From: Klebsiella pneumoniae
GTDB lineage: Bacteria > Myxococcota_A > UBA796 > GCA-2862545
Assembly: GCA_945861065.1 (NCBI GenBank)
Contig: CAMASI010000012.1
Coordinates: forward strand, 8,139-72,138
Length of the DNA: 64,000 nucleotides
Direction: 5' to 3'
Shown here: positions 42,819-52,441 of the stretch, piece after piece
Layout of the letters: every line of letters starts with the position of its first letter
Position numbering within the stretch: position 1 is the first letter of the stretch
The notes under the pieces: generated by a model
Seen by the model: the letters and a program-made list of their open reading frames with translations, nothing else
Databases searched by the model: none
What the model was told of the DNA's origin: nothing
Translations under genes and position numbers: made by a program

Positions 42819-44654
42819 CTACGCGCCCATCCAACCGAGGTTGTCCGGGAGAATGGGCGACGCACCGTCGACGAGATTCCGGAATTCTTCACTCTCCAGT
42901 GATTCGCGGTCCATCAACGCGGCCGCCACGACCTCCAACACGTGGCGATTGGTCTCCAGGATGACCCGCGCTGCTTCGTGGGCGCGTGTGAGGATGGTCC
43001 GCACTTCTGCGTCGATATGGCGAGCGGTTTCTTCCGAATGACTCTGCATGCGGGTCATTTGCCGACCGAGAAACACCTCGTCGTTGCCGTCGTTCCAGGC
43101 CACGGGCCCCAGGCTGGACATGCCGAGATCGCAGACCATATGCCGGGCCAAACGCGTGGCCTGCTCGATGTCGTTGGCGGCCCCGCCGGTCATGGTGTTC
43201 ATCGCCACCTCTTCACCCGCACGGCCCCCCATCATCATGGTGATCCGTCGCAGCATGCCTCCCTTCGTCGTGGACAAGCGGTCCGTCTCCGGCAGAACCC
43301 AGGTCAAGCCCAAGGCGCGGCCACGCGGCATGATCGTGACCTTTTGCACGGGGTCATGGCCTGGCAACAAATGGGCGATGATGGCGTGCCCGGCCTCGTG
43401 GTAAGCGGTGTTCTTGCGCTCCCAATCGGGCACCACCATGGACCGGCGTTCCGGGCCCATGATGATCTTCTCGCGCGCGCCTGAGAAGTCCTCACTGTCC
43501 ACAAACGTCTTGTCCTTGCGTGCCGCGAGCAAGGCCGCTTCGTTGCACAGATTCTCGAGGTCTGCGCCCGAAAATCCAGGCGTACCCCGCGCGACCAAAG
43601 ACAACTGCACGTCTGGAGCGAGCGGAAGCCGCCGCGTGTGAATCTCGAGAATCTTCTCCCGGCCGCGAACGTCCGGGTGGGAAACCATGATCCGACGGTC
43701 AAAACGACCGGGACGCAACAAAGCCGGGTCGAGCACGTCCGGACGGTTCGTGGCGGCGATGAGGATGACCCCTTCTGTGCCTTCGAAACCATCCATCTCG
43801 ACGAGCAGGGCGTTGAGCGTCTGCTCGCGTTCGTCGTGGCCGCCGCCGAGACCCGCGCCTCGGTGTCGGCCCACGGCGTCGATTTCGTCCACGAAGATGA
43901 TGCATGGGCTGGATTTCTTGCCCTGCTCGAACAAGTCGCGCACCCGGCTCGCGCCGACGCCGACGAACATCTCCACGAAATCGCTTCCGGATATCGAGAA
44001 GAAGGGAACGCCCGCCTCGCCCGAGACTGCACGAGCCAACAGCGTTTTCCCGGTGCCCGGTGGGCCCATCAACAGCACGCCCTTCGGGATTCGACCGCCT
44101 AGCCGAGTGAACTTCCGAGGGTCCTTCAAGAACTCGACGATTTCTTGAAGTTCTTCTTTGGATTCTTCGATGCCAGCGACGTCAGCAAACGTGATGCGAC
44201 GTGCAGTTCCGTCGGTTGACAACTTGGCCCGCGACCTTCCGAAGGACATTGCGCGCCCATTGCTGCCTTGGATGCTGCGGATCAGCCACCACATGGCGAC
44301 GATGGCCACCACCAGCGTCAGCAAAGACAAGGCGCCCGTGAACCAAAGGCCCTGATCATCTGCTTTTTCGAATTCGTGGGGCACCTTGTGTTCGTTGAGG
44401 GTGTCCACCAGCCGCGTCGTGTCCTTGGGCGCTGTGGTTTGGAAACGACCGCCCGCCGTCAACGTGCCGGTCACGTCTTGGCCACGGAGATGCACCGACG
44501 CGATCTGGTTCGCCGACACCCGCTCCATGAACGCGGAATAAGCCAGCGTTTCAGTGGATCGTTGCTCGTTGGTCAGGCTGAGCAGGGCAAAAAAAGCCAT
44601 CACCACGAGCAGGGTTAGAAACAAACCCCCGCGCGAAAAGAGCCGCATGAACAC
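42819..44654 (-). CDS. ftsH: ATP-dependent zinc metalloprotease FtsH
   Basis: [54 protein letters not shown] and YHEAGHAI. Confidence 0.97.
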   Translation of the reverse strand: MFMRLFSRGGLFLTLLVVMAFFALLSLTNEQRSTETLAYSAFMERVSANQIASVHLRGQDVTGTLTAGGRFQTTAPKDTTRLVDTLNEHKVPHEFEKADDQGLWFTGALSLLTLVVAIVAMWWLIRSIQGSNGRAMSFGRSRAKLSTDGTARRITFADVAGIEESKEELQEIVEFLKDPRKFTRLGGRIPKGVLLMGPPGTGKTLLARAVSGEAGVPFFSISGSDFVEMFVGVGASRVRDLFEQGKKSSPCIIFVDEIDAVGRHRGAGLGGGHDEREQTLNALLVEMDGFEGTEGVILIAATNRPDVLDPALLRPGRFDRRIMVSHPDVRGREKILEIHTRRLPLAPDVQLSLVARGTPGFSGADLENLCNEAALLAARKDKTFVDSEDFSGAREKIIMGPERRSMVVPDWERKNTAYHEAGHAIIAHLLPGHDPVQKVTIMPRGRALGLTWVLPETDRLSTTKGGMLRRITMMMGGRAGEEVAMNTMTGGAANDIEQATRLARHMVCDLGMSSLGPVAWNDGNDEVFLGRQMTRMQSHSEETARHIDAEVRTILTRAHEAARVILETNRHVLEVVAAALMDRESLESEEFRNLVDGASPILPDNLGWMGA

Positions 44655-44671
44655 ACCACCCCAGCCGATCG

Positions 44672-45379
44672 CTAAGCGCGGTCCGCCCCGGGGACAAGGC
44701 CTTGGAGCATCTCACCGGCCCGCAGCGCGGTTCGGGCCAACGCGCCGGTGCTCCCTGGGCGAATTTCCTCCAGCAACGGCAGGACTTCATGCCGGAGCCT
44801 GTTGCGAAGGAAGTCTCGCGACTGGTTCGTGGGATCCTCCCGAAAGGACAGGCCGCGCCACGTGAGCCACGCCCGCAACGAAACGCGTGGGATGTCCAGC
44901 AGCGGGCGCACGACGCCGTTGTAGCGCCAGGCCATGCTCGCGAGTCCCCCAAGGCCGGCACCTCGCACGAGGTGAAGCAAAACGGTTTCTGCCTGGTCGT
45001 CGCGGTGGTGCGCCGTGACGATGACGGTCGCACCCAACTCCCGCAACGCCGCGTACCGGGCATCGCGCAGCGCCGCTTCCGATCGACCGCGTGGGCGTAC
45101 CCGGAGCCGCGATACCGCCAGGCCCATCGTGTGGCCCAACGTTTCGACAAAGTCCGCGTCCGCTGCGCTCCCTCCTCGAACGCCATGGTCCACCGTGGCC
45201 ACACGCAGCCGGCCACGGTGCCAACGCTGCGTTTGCACCAACACGTCCAACAAAACCACGCTGTCGGCGCCCCCGCTGACGGCGACCAAAACGTCGTCGC
45301 CGGCTCGCCACAAGGCGTGCTCTCGGATGTTTGCGCCTACCCGATGCCGGAGCCTTCCGGGGCTTGCTTCGCCTCTCAT
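44672..45379 (-). CDS. tilS: tRNA(Ile)-lysidine synthase (short form, PP-loop domain)
   Basis: VLVAVSGGADSVVLLDVL is the SGGxDS PP-loop, with VTAHHRDDQAETVLLHLVRG. It sits directly upstream of ftsH, a widely conserved linkage. Confidence 0.85.
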   Translation of the reverse strand: MRGEASPGRLRHRVGANIREHALWRAGDDVLVAVSGGADSVVLLDVLVQTQRWHRGRLRVATVDHGVRGGSAADADFVETLGHTMGLAVSRLRVRPRGRSEAALRDARYAALRELGATVIVTAHHRDDQAETVLLHLVRGAGLGGLASMAWRYNGVVRPLLDIPRVSLRAWLTWRGLSFREDPTNQSRDFLRNRLRHEVLPLLEEIRPGSTGALARTALRAGEMLQGLVPGADRA

Positions 45380-45891
45380 GTTCGCGCCCGCGCCACCGCC
45401 TCAAGCGCCGCCCGGTCGTCATCGTCGAGCACGCGAACGACACGTTCCTCCCCACATCGCCGACAACGATGCACCAGCACCTCGTCGCCGCCTCGCAGCA
45501 CAACGGCAACGGGGTCGAGAAGGCCGCGACACGTGTCCATGCGATCCCCAGGAATCACGTCGACGTGCAACGATCGTAAACACCGTGGGCAGTGATTCCT
45601 CGCAGTGCCAGCGGCGGCCGGCACCTCCGCACCACAGTGCACGCAACAAAATGCGTCGTTTCTCCGAATTGGGTTTCGCAGAACTTGGGCGTCGTCTGAG
45701 CGATGCAGCACCCACCGCAACAGCCGCTTTCCCTGCCAATCATCGACGTCCGCCGGCATTTCCACGCCGCGTCGCCGCCCCTCCGCCATCACCGCCGCCC
45801 TCAGGTCGCCGTCGGAATCCACGAGGGTTCCGTACCGTTTCAATTCTCCCCGGGACGGCTCACCATTCAGCCAGGCCCTCACGTCGCTCAC
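45376..45891 (-). CDS. RNHCP-domain zinc-ribbon protein
   Basis: CVHCG...ARNHCPRCLRSLHVD......HRCRRCG. The GTG start at 45891 overlaps the upstream stop (GTGA). Confidence 0.7.
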   Translation of the reverse strand: MSDVRAWLNGEPSRGELKRYGTLVDSDGDLRAAVMAEGRRRGVEMPADVDDWQGKRLLRWVLHRSDDAQVLRNPIRRNDAFCCVHCGAEVPAAAGTARNHCPRCLRSLHVDVIPGDRMDTCRGLLDPVAVVLRGGDEVLVHRCRRCGEERVVRVLDDDDRAALEAVARART

Positions 45892-47720
45892 GGCAAGACC
45901 ACGACGTCCAGCACGGTGTCGCCGACCTCCAAATGCGTCACGACGTGTAGGCCGGAGACGACGACCCCGAACCTCGTGTAGTCGCCCACCAAATGAGGCT
46001 GGTCCGACAGCGTCACAAACCATTGGCTTGCGCCCGAGTCGGCATCCGATCTCGCCATGCCTATCGCACCTGCGCCGAACGGAAGCAACGAAACTTCATC
46101 GGGCAACGGCGTGCCGGTAGCGCCCCAACCGTCGCCCCTCGGACAACCGGTCTGCACGACAAAACCCGGCACCATCCGGTGGAACACGAGGCCGTCCATC
46201 GCGTCAGACGTCACGAGTTCCAGGAATCGCGCGACGGCCAACGGCGCGGTCTCCGGGTCCAACTCGACGGTGAACTCCCCGTCGGACGTGAGAATCGCGA
46301 GGGTACGTCGGTCCAGTGCAGGTTCTCCAACCGAGACGGGGTGAACGACAGGCACGGTCAGGCCCAACGAGCGTGCCAGGGCCGACGCGACCGCACGGGT
46401 CCGGGCCGTGTCCGCTTGCCCTGCGCGCTGTAAAACCACCCCGACCGCTGGATCGCGGTTGTCGAGCGTGCGCACGTGGCGAGACGCAAGGTCGCGTAAG
46501 GCCACGACGCCCAGATGAAAGGCTTCGGGCGCTGTTTCCCCTAGCACGAAGGGCAACAAGGCCTTGGCGGCCGAGGGATCGCCTCGCTCGCCGACAAGGC
46601 CCATGCCGACTTCGCGAACCACGTCGTCCGTCGATTTCAGCAAGTCCAAGCCCGACCGCCACCCTACCGAAGGCCGCTCGGACAGCGCTGCCGCCGCCGC
46701 AACGCGCACTCGGGAGTCCGCGTCCTCCAACGCAAAACGCACCAAGGTGACCGTGTCCGTTTCAAGTCCGACGAGTGCGGCGCGCACCCAGGAATCGACG
46801 CTGGCATCTGACGCGGCCACCCGGTCTGGCCGGCCAATCGCGTCCAGCGCCGCGGCCGCACGCCAAGGGCGTTTGGTGTCGGTCGCGACGGAGGCCAGGG
46901 CTTCCCGAGCGGCGTCCTCATCCAACCGACCCAAGGCGGCTGTTGCCGCCGAAGCGACCCAGGTGTCCGTAGACGACAACCAGGGCGCCACGAGATCCAC
47001 CGACAAATCCCCCGGACCCAGCGCATCGAGCACCGCTACGCGCACCAGACGAGACGAATCCGTCACCCCGTCGACGAAGCGCGTTGCACGCGCCGACACG
47101 TCCAGCCGGGGCCATACCGCCCGCGAACACCAAGCTCGCGCTTCTGGAACTGGTGACGTGCCCGCACAATCCGCGGCCCGCTGCACAGCCACCATGGAAG
47201 CCCGTCCCATACCAATCCGGAACAGAGCGAACGCCGCGCCGGACGCCACGTCTGGACGCACAAGCGCGGCCGTGAGCGAATCGAGTGCCGGATCCATCCC
47301 CTCTACTTTTCGACGGCCCATGCGTCCCAACGCGACGGCCGCAACGTTCGCGCAGGCAGCCCGGTCGTCGAGCAGGTCTACGAGCATGTGCACGTCGCTG
47401 CCTTCCCCCAACCGCCCGAGCGCGTCGATCCACGCAGCGGCGACCGCCGTTGGCGTGGCAGCGGTGACGCCCGCGACCCCCGCTCGAATTGCCGCCAAAC
47501 CGCCCGGCGTGCGGCCCAACGCCTCAGCCGCAGCCGCCACCAACGTCGGGTCGTCGGACCGAGATGCCGCCTCCAACGTCGGCAATGAATCGGGGCTCCG
47601 AAGGCGCCCCAGCGTTCGGATCACCGCTGCGGCCGAAACGTTGGTCCCTGCGGTCGCGGCGAGCACCGCCGACGGCGTGGCACGCGCTGCTTCCAGCGCC
47701 AACAAGTCCACGTCCGCCAT
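45888..47720 (-). CDS. HEAT-repeat protein fused to a cyclophilin-type peptidyl-prolyl isomerase
   Basis: N-terminal repeats of the A..ALG.L type. The C-terminus reads FTVELDPETAPLAVARFLELV...VFHRMVPGFVVQTGCPRGDGWG...GAIGMARS...SQWFVTL. Confidence 0.8.
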   Translation of the reverse strand: MADVDLLALEAARATPSAVLAATAGTNVSAAAVIRTLGRLRSPDSLPTLEAASRSDDPTLVAAAAEALGRTPGGLAAIRAGVAGVTAATPTAVAAAWIDALGRLGEGSDVHMLVDLLDDRAACANVAAVALGRMGRRKVEGMDPALDSLTAALVRPDVASGAAFALFRIGMGRASMVAVQRAADCAGTSPVPEARAWCSRAVWPRLDVSARATRFVDGVTDSSRLVRVAVLDALGPGDLSVDLVAPWLSSTDTWVASAATAALGRLDEDAAREALASVATDTKRPWRAAAALDAIGRPDRVAASDASVDSWVRAALVGLETDTVTLVRFALEDADSRVRVAAAAALSERPSVGWRSGLDLLKSTDDVVREVGMGLVGERGDPSAAKALLPFVLGETAPEAFHLGVVALRDLASRHVRTLDNRDPAVGVVLQRAGQADTARTRAVASALARSLGLTVPVVHPVSVGEPALDRRTLAILTSDGEFTVELDPETAPLAVARFLELVTSDAMDGLVFHRMVPGFVVQTGCPRGDGWGATGTPLPDEVSLLPFGAGAIGMARSDADSGASQWFVTLSDQPHLVGDYTRFGVVVSGLHVVTHLEVGDTVLDVVVLP

Positions 47721-49099
47721 CAGTCGCCGAGAGAGCGCCGACGCTTGAACCGGACCTTCACAGGCGTGCCAAGGAACCCGAATTCCTCACGCAACCGTCC
47801 CTCAAGGAACCGCGTATACGCCATGTCGATCCCCTCCGGCGTATTGGTGAGGAACGTGAACGTAGGCGGGCGGACGCGGGTTTGCGTCGCGTAGTAGATA
47901 CGCACCGGATGGTGGTGCCACTGAGGCGGCGTGTGGGTGGCCAAAATGCGTTCCAACCAGCGGTTGAGCGCGGGCGTCGGCACACGCACGCAGGCCGCCC
48001 GAAAAACCTCGTCGATGGTGGCGAGAATCCGGTGGCAGCCCTTTCCCGTTTTCGCCGCAATGAACAAATGCGGCGCCCAGGGCACATGGGGCAACGCCTG
48101 GCCCAGCGCGTCTTCCGTGCTGTTCGCATCGATCTCTTCGCTACCGCGGGTCTTGTCCCACTTGTTGATCAACACGATGAGGGCCCGGCCTCGTTCCACC
48201 ACGAGGCTTGCCAGCCGCGCTTCTTGCTCCGTCGGCCCTTCACTCGCGTCCATCACCAACAGACTGACGTGGCAGCGCTCGATTGCCTGAATGGAACGCA
48301 GCGTGACGTACCGCTCCAAGGGGTCGTCGATCCGTGCTCTGCGGCGTACGCCAGCCGTGTCGACCAGCACGTAGCGCTGCCCACCCACGACCAACGGCGT
48401 GTCCACGGCGTCCATCGTGGTACCGGGTTTGTCGTCCACCACCTGACGGGGGAAACCCAGCAGTCGATTGACGAGCGTGGACTTGCCGACGTTGGGCCGC
48501 CCGATGACTGAGATTCGAATTTCGTCGGGGATCACGTCCCGGAGTTCGACAGGCGGTCCATCGTCGTCCGTGTCTTCCTCTTCGACGGGCGCCGGTTCCG
48601 CAGCGGGCAAGTGGGCGGAAACAGCGTCGATCAGGTCGTAGACGCCGCGACCATGGGAGGCTGACACGCCGATGATCTCGTGAATTCCCATGCCCCAGAA
48701 ATCTGAGATCAGATCGTCATGCCGCTCGCCGTCGATCTTGTTCACCGCGACGACGACGGGGCGGCCGGCGCGGCGGAGCAGGTCAGCGACCGCGTCGTCT
48801 CCAGGGGTGTGTCCCGCGCGACCGTCGACCATCAGGACGATGACGTTTGCTTCTTCCACCGCCACCATCGTCTGCAGCCGCATCGCTTCGTACAGGTCGG
48901 TCCCTTCGTCGGGCTCGATGCCGCCGGTGTCCACGACCAACACTTCGCGGCCTCCAAACTCGGCTCGTTCGTACAGGCGGTCCCTGGTGACGCCGGGGCG
49001 GTCATGCACGGCGGCCTTGCGCTCCCCTACAAGACGGTTGAACAGGGTAGACTTGCCGACGTTGGGGCGGCCGACGATTGCAACGACGGGGAGGTTCAC
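47720..49099 (-). CDS. der: Ribosome-associated GTPase Der/EngA
   Basis: Two G domains (IVGRPNVGKSTLFNRL and VIGRPNVGKSTLVNRL) plus a KH-like C-terminus. Confidence 0.95.
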   Translation of the reverse strand: MNLPVVAIVGRPNVGKSTLFNRLVGERKAAVHDRPGVTRDRLYERAEFGGREVLVVDTGGIEPDEGTDLYEAMRLQTMVAVEEANVIVLMVDGRAGHTPGDDAVADLLRRAGRPVVVAVNKIDGERHDDLISDFWGMGIHEIIGVSASHGRGVYDLIDAVSAHLPAAEPAPVEEEDTDDDGPPVELRDVIPDEIRISVIGRPNVGKSTLVNRLLGFPRQVVDDKPGTTMDAVDTPLVVGGQRYVLVDTAGVRRRARIDDPLERYVTLRSIQAIERCHVSLLVMDASEGPTEQEARLASLVVERGRALIVLINKWDKTRGSEEIDANSTEDALGQALPHVPWAPHLFIAAKTGKGCHRILATIDEVFRAACVRVPTPALNRWLERILATHTPPQWHHHPVRIYYATQTRVRPPTFTFLTNTPEGIDMAYTRFLEGRLREEFGFLGTPVKVRFKRRRSLGD

Positions 49100-49321
49100 A
49101 AAGGCGCGCTATCGCGGGCGGCGCGGGGAAGCGGCGAGCGCTGGTGAACGTTGCGCTTGGAATCATAAGGTGCCCGGCCCGCAATCACCCCCGATCGCGC
49201 CAGGGGGCACACATCAGTGTCACGAGGGGGCCTCAGAGCGCACGCACCGCTACGGCACCTCGAACGCTTTCTCACTGCGCAGCAGGATGGGTTGCGCGCA
49301 CGTGTTGCGGACCCCGCCGCC

Positions 49322-50512
49322 TCAATCTTGCCTGAGGGTTACACCGTCGGCCCAAGAATAGAAAACGTCGGGAAGCGCCATCGCAACCCAGCCCGTACCT
49401 CCCTGATCGCGTGCCAAGGCCCACGATTCGAAACTCTCGGCCCTCAGGTAGGTGGGGTTAGGCCCGTAGTCCGATGGGACGCCCAGGAGCGAGTCGAATC
49501 CGAAGAAGTCTAGCTTCTCGTCGAAATTGTCATCGCGGTAGGCGAATTGCCAGAAAATCGCACGACCCATGCCCGGTAAACCGTAATAATAATATCCAAA
49601 GGAGTCGGGATGAGGATAGGAGAGCGGCACGACGACATCCTGCGGGCTCAAAGCCTCGTCGTAGGCTACGTCGCCGGCATCGCGCCCCGGGTGGTAGAGG
49701 TCGGCAGCGGGTAGCATGGCCACACGCGTCTCTTCGACAAAGGGCCCCGAGTAGAAGTCCGGCACATGGACGATGAGGTCGCCCCTGTAGACGGGCAGCA
49801 TCCAGCACTCCACGACGTGTCCGACGATGTCGCCCAGGATCGGAGAAACAACCGGCGGCGCGACTGCCACCCATTGAACTTGATTCCATCCAAGGGCGTA
49901 TCCATCGACCATCATGTCGTAAGGGACGTAGCCGCCGAGCCAGGTAAAGGTCGTGTCGCCTTGGGCCGCAACGAAGGTGTCGGGAGGAGCGGCTACACCG
50001 TCCAAATCGACATCGACAAAGGCAGTCAGGCCGTAGGAGGTAATCAGGGTTCCGGGGTAGCCGGGCATCGGTTCCTGGTCGGCCAGTGCCGGCTCGGCCT
50101 CTACCGGTACTTCAAAGGGCGTGGTTCCGCCTACGAAAGCATCAGACGAGGTGACAAAGCGGGGATCGCCGAACTCGGTGGTGCTGAACCCAGCTTGCGA
50201 GACCAAACGCAATTCCACAACCAAGGTGCCCAGCGGCTCGACGCCACCCAGCGGCACCACCAGGTTTCCGCTGATGGCAGAAAAAGGTCCAGGCGACGCG
50301 GGGGTGCCGGTGTCGGTGTCGGTGTCGGTGTCGGAGTCTGAATCGGCGTCCGAGTCTGAATCCGCGTCGGAATCTGAATCGGCGTCAGAGTCTGAATCCG
50401 CGTCGGAGTCTGAATCCGCGTCGGCATCGCTGTCGCTGTCGCTGTCGGCATCACCCGCTTGAGTGGGCGGCGTCTGCTCGTCGGTCCCTGGCGGCTTTTT
50501 CCACGCATCCAC
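49322..50512 (-). CDS. Acidic (D-S/A/T)n-repeat protein. A lipoprotein signal peptide sits upstream in another frame.
   Basis: The GTG-initiated ORF has no signal peptide. The sequence MRWMAMVTVCGC (ATG at 50540) lies in the neighbouring frame, just upstream of an A5 run (50496-50500). Removing 1 nt would fuse the two. Confidence 0.55.
   Translation of the reverse strand: MDAWKKPPGTDEQTPPTQAGDADSDSDSDADADSDSDADSDSDADSDSDADSDSDADSDSDTDTDTDTGTPASPGPFSAISGNLVVPLGGVEPLGTLVVELRLVSQAGFSTTEFGDPRFVTSSDAFVGGTTPFEVPVEAEPALADQEPMPGYPGTLITSYGLTAFVDVDLDGVAAPPDTFVAAQGDTTFTWLGGYVPYDMMVDGYALGWNQVQWVAVAPPVVSPILGDIVGHVVECWMLPVYRGDLIVHVPDFYSGPFVEETRVAMLPAADLYHPGRDAGDVAYDEALSPQDVVVPLSYPHPDSFGYYYYGLPGMGRAIFWQFAYRDDNFDEKLDFFGFDSLLGVPSDYGPNPTYLRAESFESWALARDQGGTGWVAMALPDVFYSWADGVTLRQD
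50308..50452. repeat. Tandem hexamer / 18-mer simple-sequence array encoding (DT)n(DSDSDA)n
   Basis: (GTGTCG)x4, then five 18-bp units of the form AGTCTGAATC[GC]GCGTC[CG]G, then (CTGTCG)x3 after GCATCG. Confidence 0.85.
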
Positions 50513-50709
50513 AAACGGTGACCATGGCCATCCAGCGCATCAGGCCTCCAAGGCTGAGGATAGGGCGGACGAACGGCAAGGAGGGCCGCACACGCCACCA
50601 TGGTACACCCGCCGCGCCCCTCCCGCAACGCCCGGAGCGCTGACCGGCTCGCCATCGCAGGCGGCCCCGTAGCAGCCTTCCGAGTGTCATTGGTGCCTCC
50701 GCATCCGCG

Positions 50710-52308
50710 TCAGAAAGGCCATGGCTGCAACCACGCACCCACCGACTGAGTGTAGATGACGAGGTCGGAAAGGCCGTCTCCGTCGTAGTCGCCCGCGCGA
50801 TGCGGGACCTCCGGCGTGCGTCCCTCCGGTGAGACGTAGGTGACGTCCGCGTCGCCGGTAAGCCAGGTACCCACGAGGGGGCCTCGCCACAGAAGGACGG
50901 TGTCCCTACAGGGAACCGCGACCTCGGCAACGCCGTCCCCGTCGAGGTCCCCGACCTCGCCTAGGCTGTATTGGCCGCAAATGTTCGCCGCGATGTCAGA
51001 CGACACAGTGGCCACGGCCTCTGTGGGTGCCACGACGCCGGACAGGCTGCCGCCGAACACATAGACCGCGCCGGTTAAGGCCGCGGCCAATCCGGCGCCG
51101 ACCATGAGGTCGGAAAGGCCGTCCCCGGTGACGTCGCCCGGCGCCGCGAGGGTGATGCCAAGCGACTCGCCGGAGGCGCCTTCAATGATTGCCTGGGCGT
51201 CTGATGCGTCGAGCACGCCGGCAACGACACCGGAGAACAAGTATGCCCGGCCCTGCCCTGTGGGCGCGCCGGTCACCCATTCGTTCACCCCGTCCCCGTC
51301 GAGGTCTTGAACGATGGTCACCTGCTCGCCAAGCGAATCCGCGGCGCCGCCGTCGAACACCTGCATCGGGGCGTCGGTACGCGTTGCGGATTCAGGCAAA
51401 GGGCTCGTGAACACCACGGTGCCTCCGTCACTGTCGGATCGGCCGATGACGAGGTCCGTCAACCCGTCGCCGGTCAGGTCGCCGGGTTCGAAACTCCACG
51501 CAAAGCCCTCGTCGACCCCTTCTCCCCACAGTTGGGAATCGATCACGGCGGCATTCTGTTCTGTGAAGTCGAGGATATCCGGAACGATCGACAGCGCACC
51601 CTTGCTGGAAAAATCCGTGATGTTGGGCTGCCCGATGAACAGATCGAGAATGCCATTTCCGTCGATGTCACCGGTGCCGATGGCGCGCCCCCAGCCCAGG
51701 TGCCACCAGTCGTCGCCGTTCCACCAGGGCGTGGACGTTTCGTCGAGAAACAACCGGTCCAACCGACTCTCGTCCTCCCATCTTTTCGGAAAACCCATGA
51801 TCAGCTCGTCGCACCCATCGCCGTCCACGTCGGGCACGGGTTCGACACTGGCCGCAAAGACGGTCCCGTAGCCGGTGTGGGGGTAGATGCCGTCGCCAGT
51901 GTCGTCGGCCGAGGGGCCCTCCCACCTGGCCTCGGACGCTGCGACGATGTTCAACCAGTCCTGTTCATCGGTCTCGCTGTCGCAGTCGTCGTCGATGCCA
52001 TTGTCGGGGAGGTCGCTCCGCTCGGGGTGGACGGGCGCCGAATCGTCATCGCAGTCCAAGCCGCCCGAGGGAATCGACGTGTAGCCGTCGCCGTCATCGT
52101 CGCAGGGGCAAGCGGGCAAGCAGTTGCAGGTGGCGCCGGTTTCCACGGGTTCGTCGGTCCCGCTGCTCGCCACAGAGTCGGTAGGCCCTGTTGGCCCGTC
52201 CGTTTCGGCGGTGTCCGACACGGCGGGAGGTTCACCCGTGTCGTAGGTTGTGGCCGCGACCGGTGCGCCACCGCAGGCCGCACACAGCAGCAAACCGAGT
52301 CTCATCAT
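50710..52308 (-). CDS. FG-GAP repeat lipoprotein with an N-terminal metal-binding-type motif
   Basis: Lipobox LLLCAACGG. CDDDGDGYTS...CDDDSAPVHP....DNGIDDDCD is followed by repeated D.DGDG..D FG-GAP motifs. Confidence 0.75.
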   Translation of the reverse strand: MMRLGLLLCAACGGAPVAATTYDTGEPPAVSDTAETDGPTGPTDSVASSGTDEPVETGATCNCLPACPCDDDGDGYTSIPSGGLDCDDDSAPVHPERSDLPDNGIDDDCDSETDEQDWLNIVAASEARWEGPSADDTGDGIYPHTGYGTVFAASVEPVPDVDGDGCDELIMGFPKRWEDESRLDRLFLDETSTPWWNGDDWWHLGWGRAIGTGDIDGNGILDLFIGQPNITDFSSKGALSIVPDILDFTEQNAAVIDSQLWGEGVDEGFAWSFEPGDLTGDGLTDLVIGRSDSDGGTVVFTSPLPESATRTDAPMQVFDGGAADSLGEQVTIVQDLDGDGVNEWVTGAPTGQGRAYLFSGVVAGVLDASDAQAIIEGASGESLGITLAAPGDVTGDGLSDLMVGAGLAAALTGAVYVFGGSLSGVVAPTEAVATVSSDIAANICGQYSLGEVGDLDGDGVAEVAVPCRDTVLLWRGPLVGTWLTGDADVTYVSPEGRTPEVPHRAGDYDGDGLSDLVIYTQSVGAWLQPWPF

Positions 52309-52441
52309 GGCCTCCCGCGACCGCATCAACACCGAGCACCCGCACCGCGATGGTACCGCAATTCGGCGGCCATCGGACCATCGACGTGGATATTGGAGGA
52401 GGGCGAGGGAACATCGGGGTTAGGGACGCCAGGGAGGCCTC

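Noticed and set aside
49100-49321. A CCCCC-N10-GGGGG hairpin (about 49186-49206) as an intrinsic terminator between the acidic-repeat gene and der
   Set aside because: The stem is short, the loop is 10 nt, and no U-tract follows on the minus strand. There is not enough evidence to annotate it.
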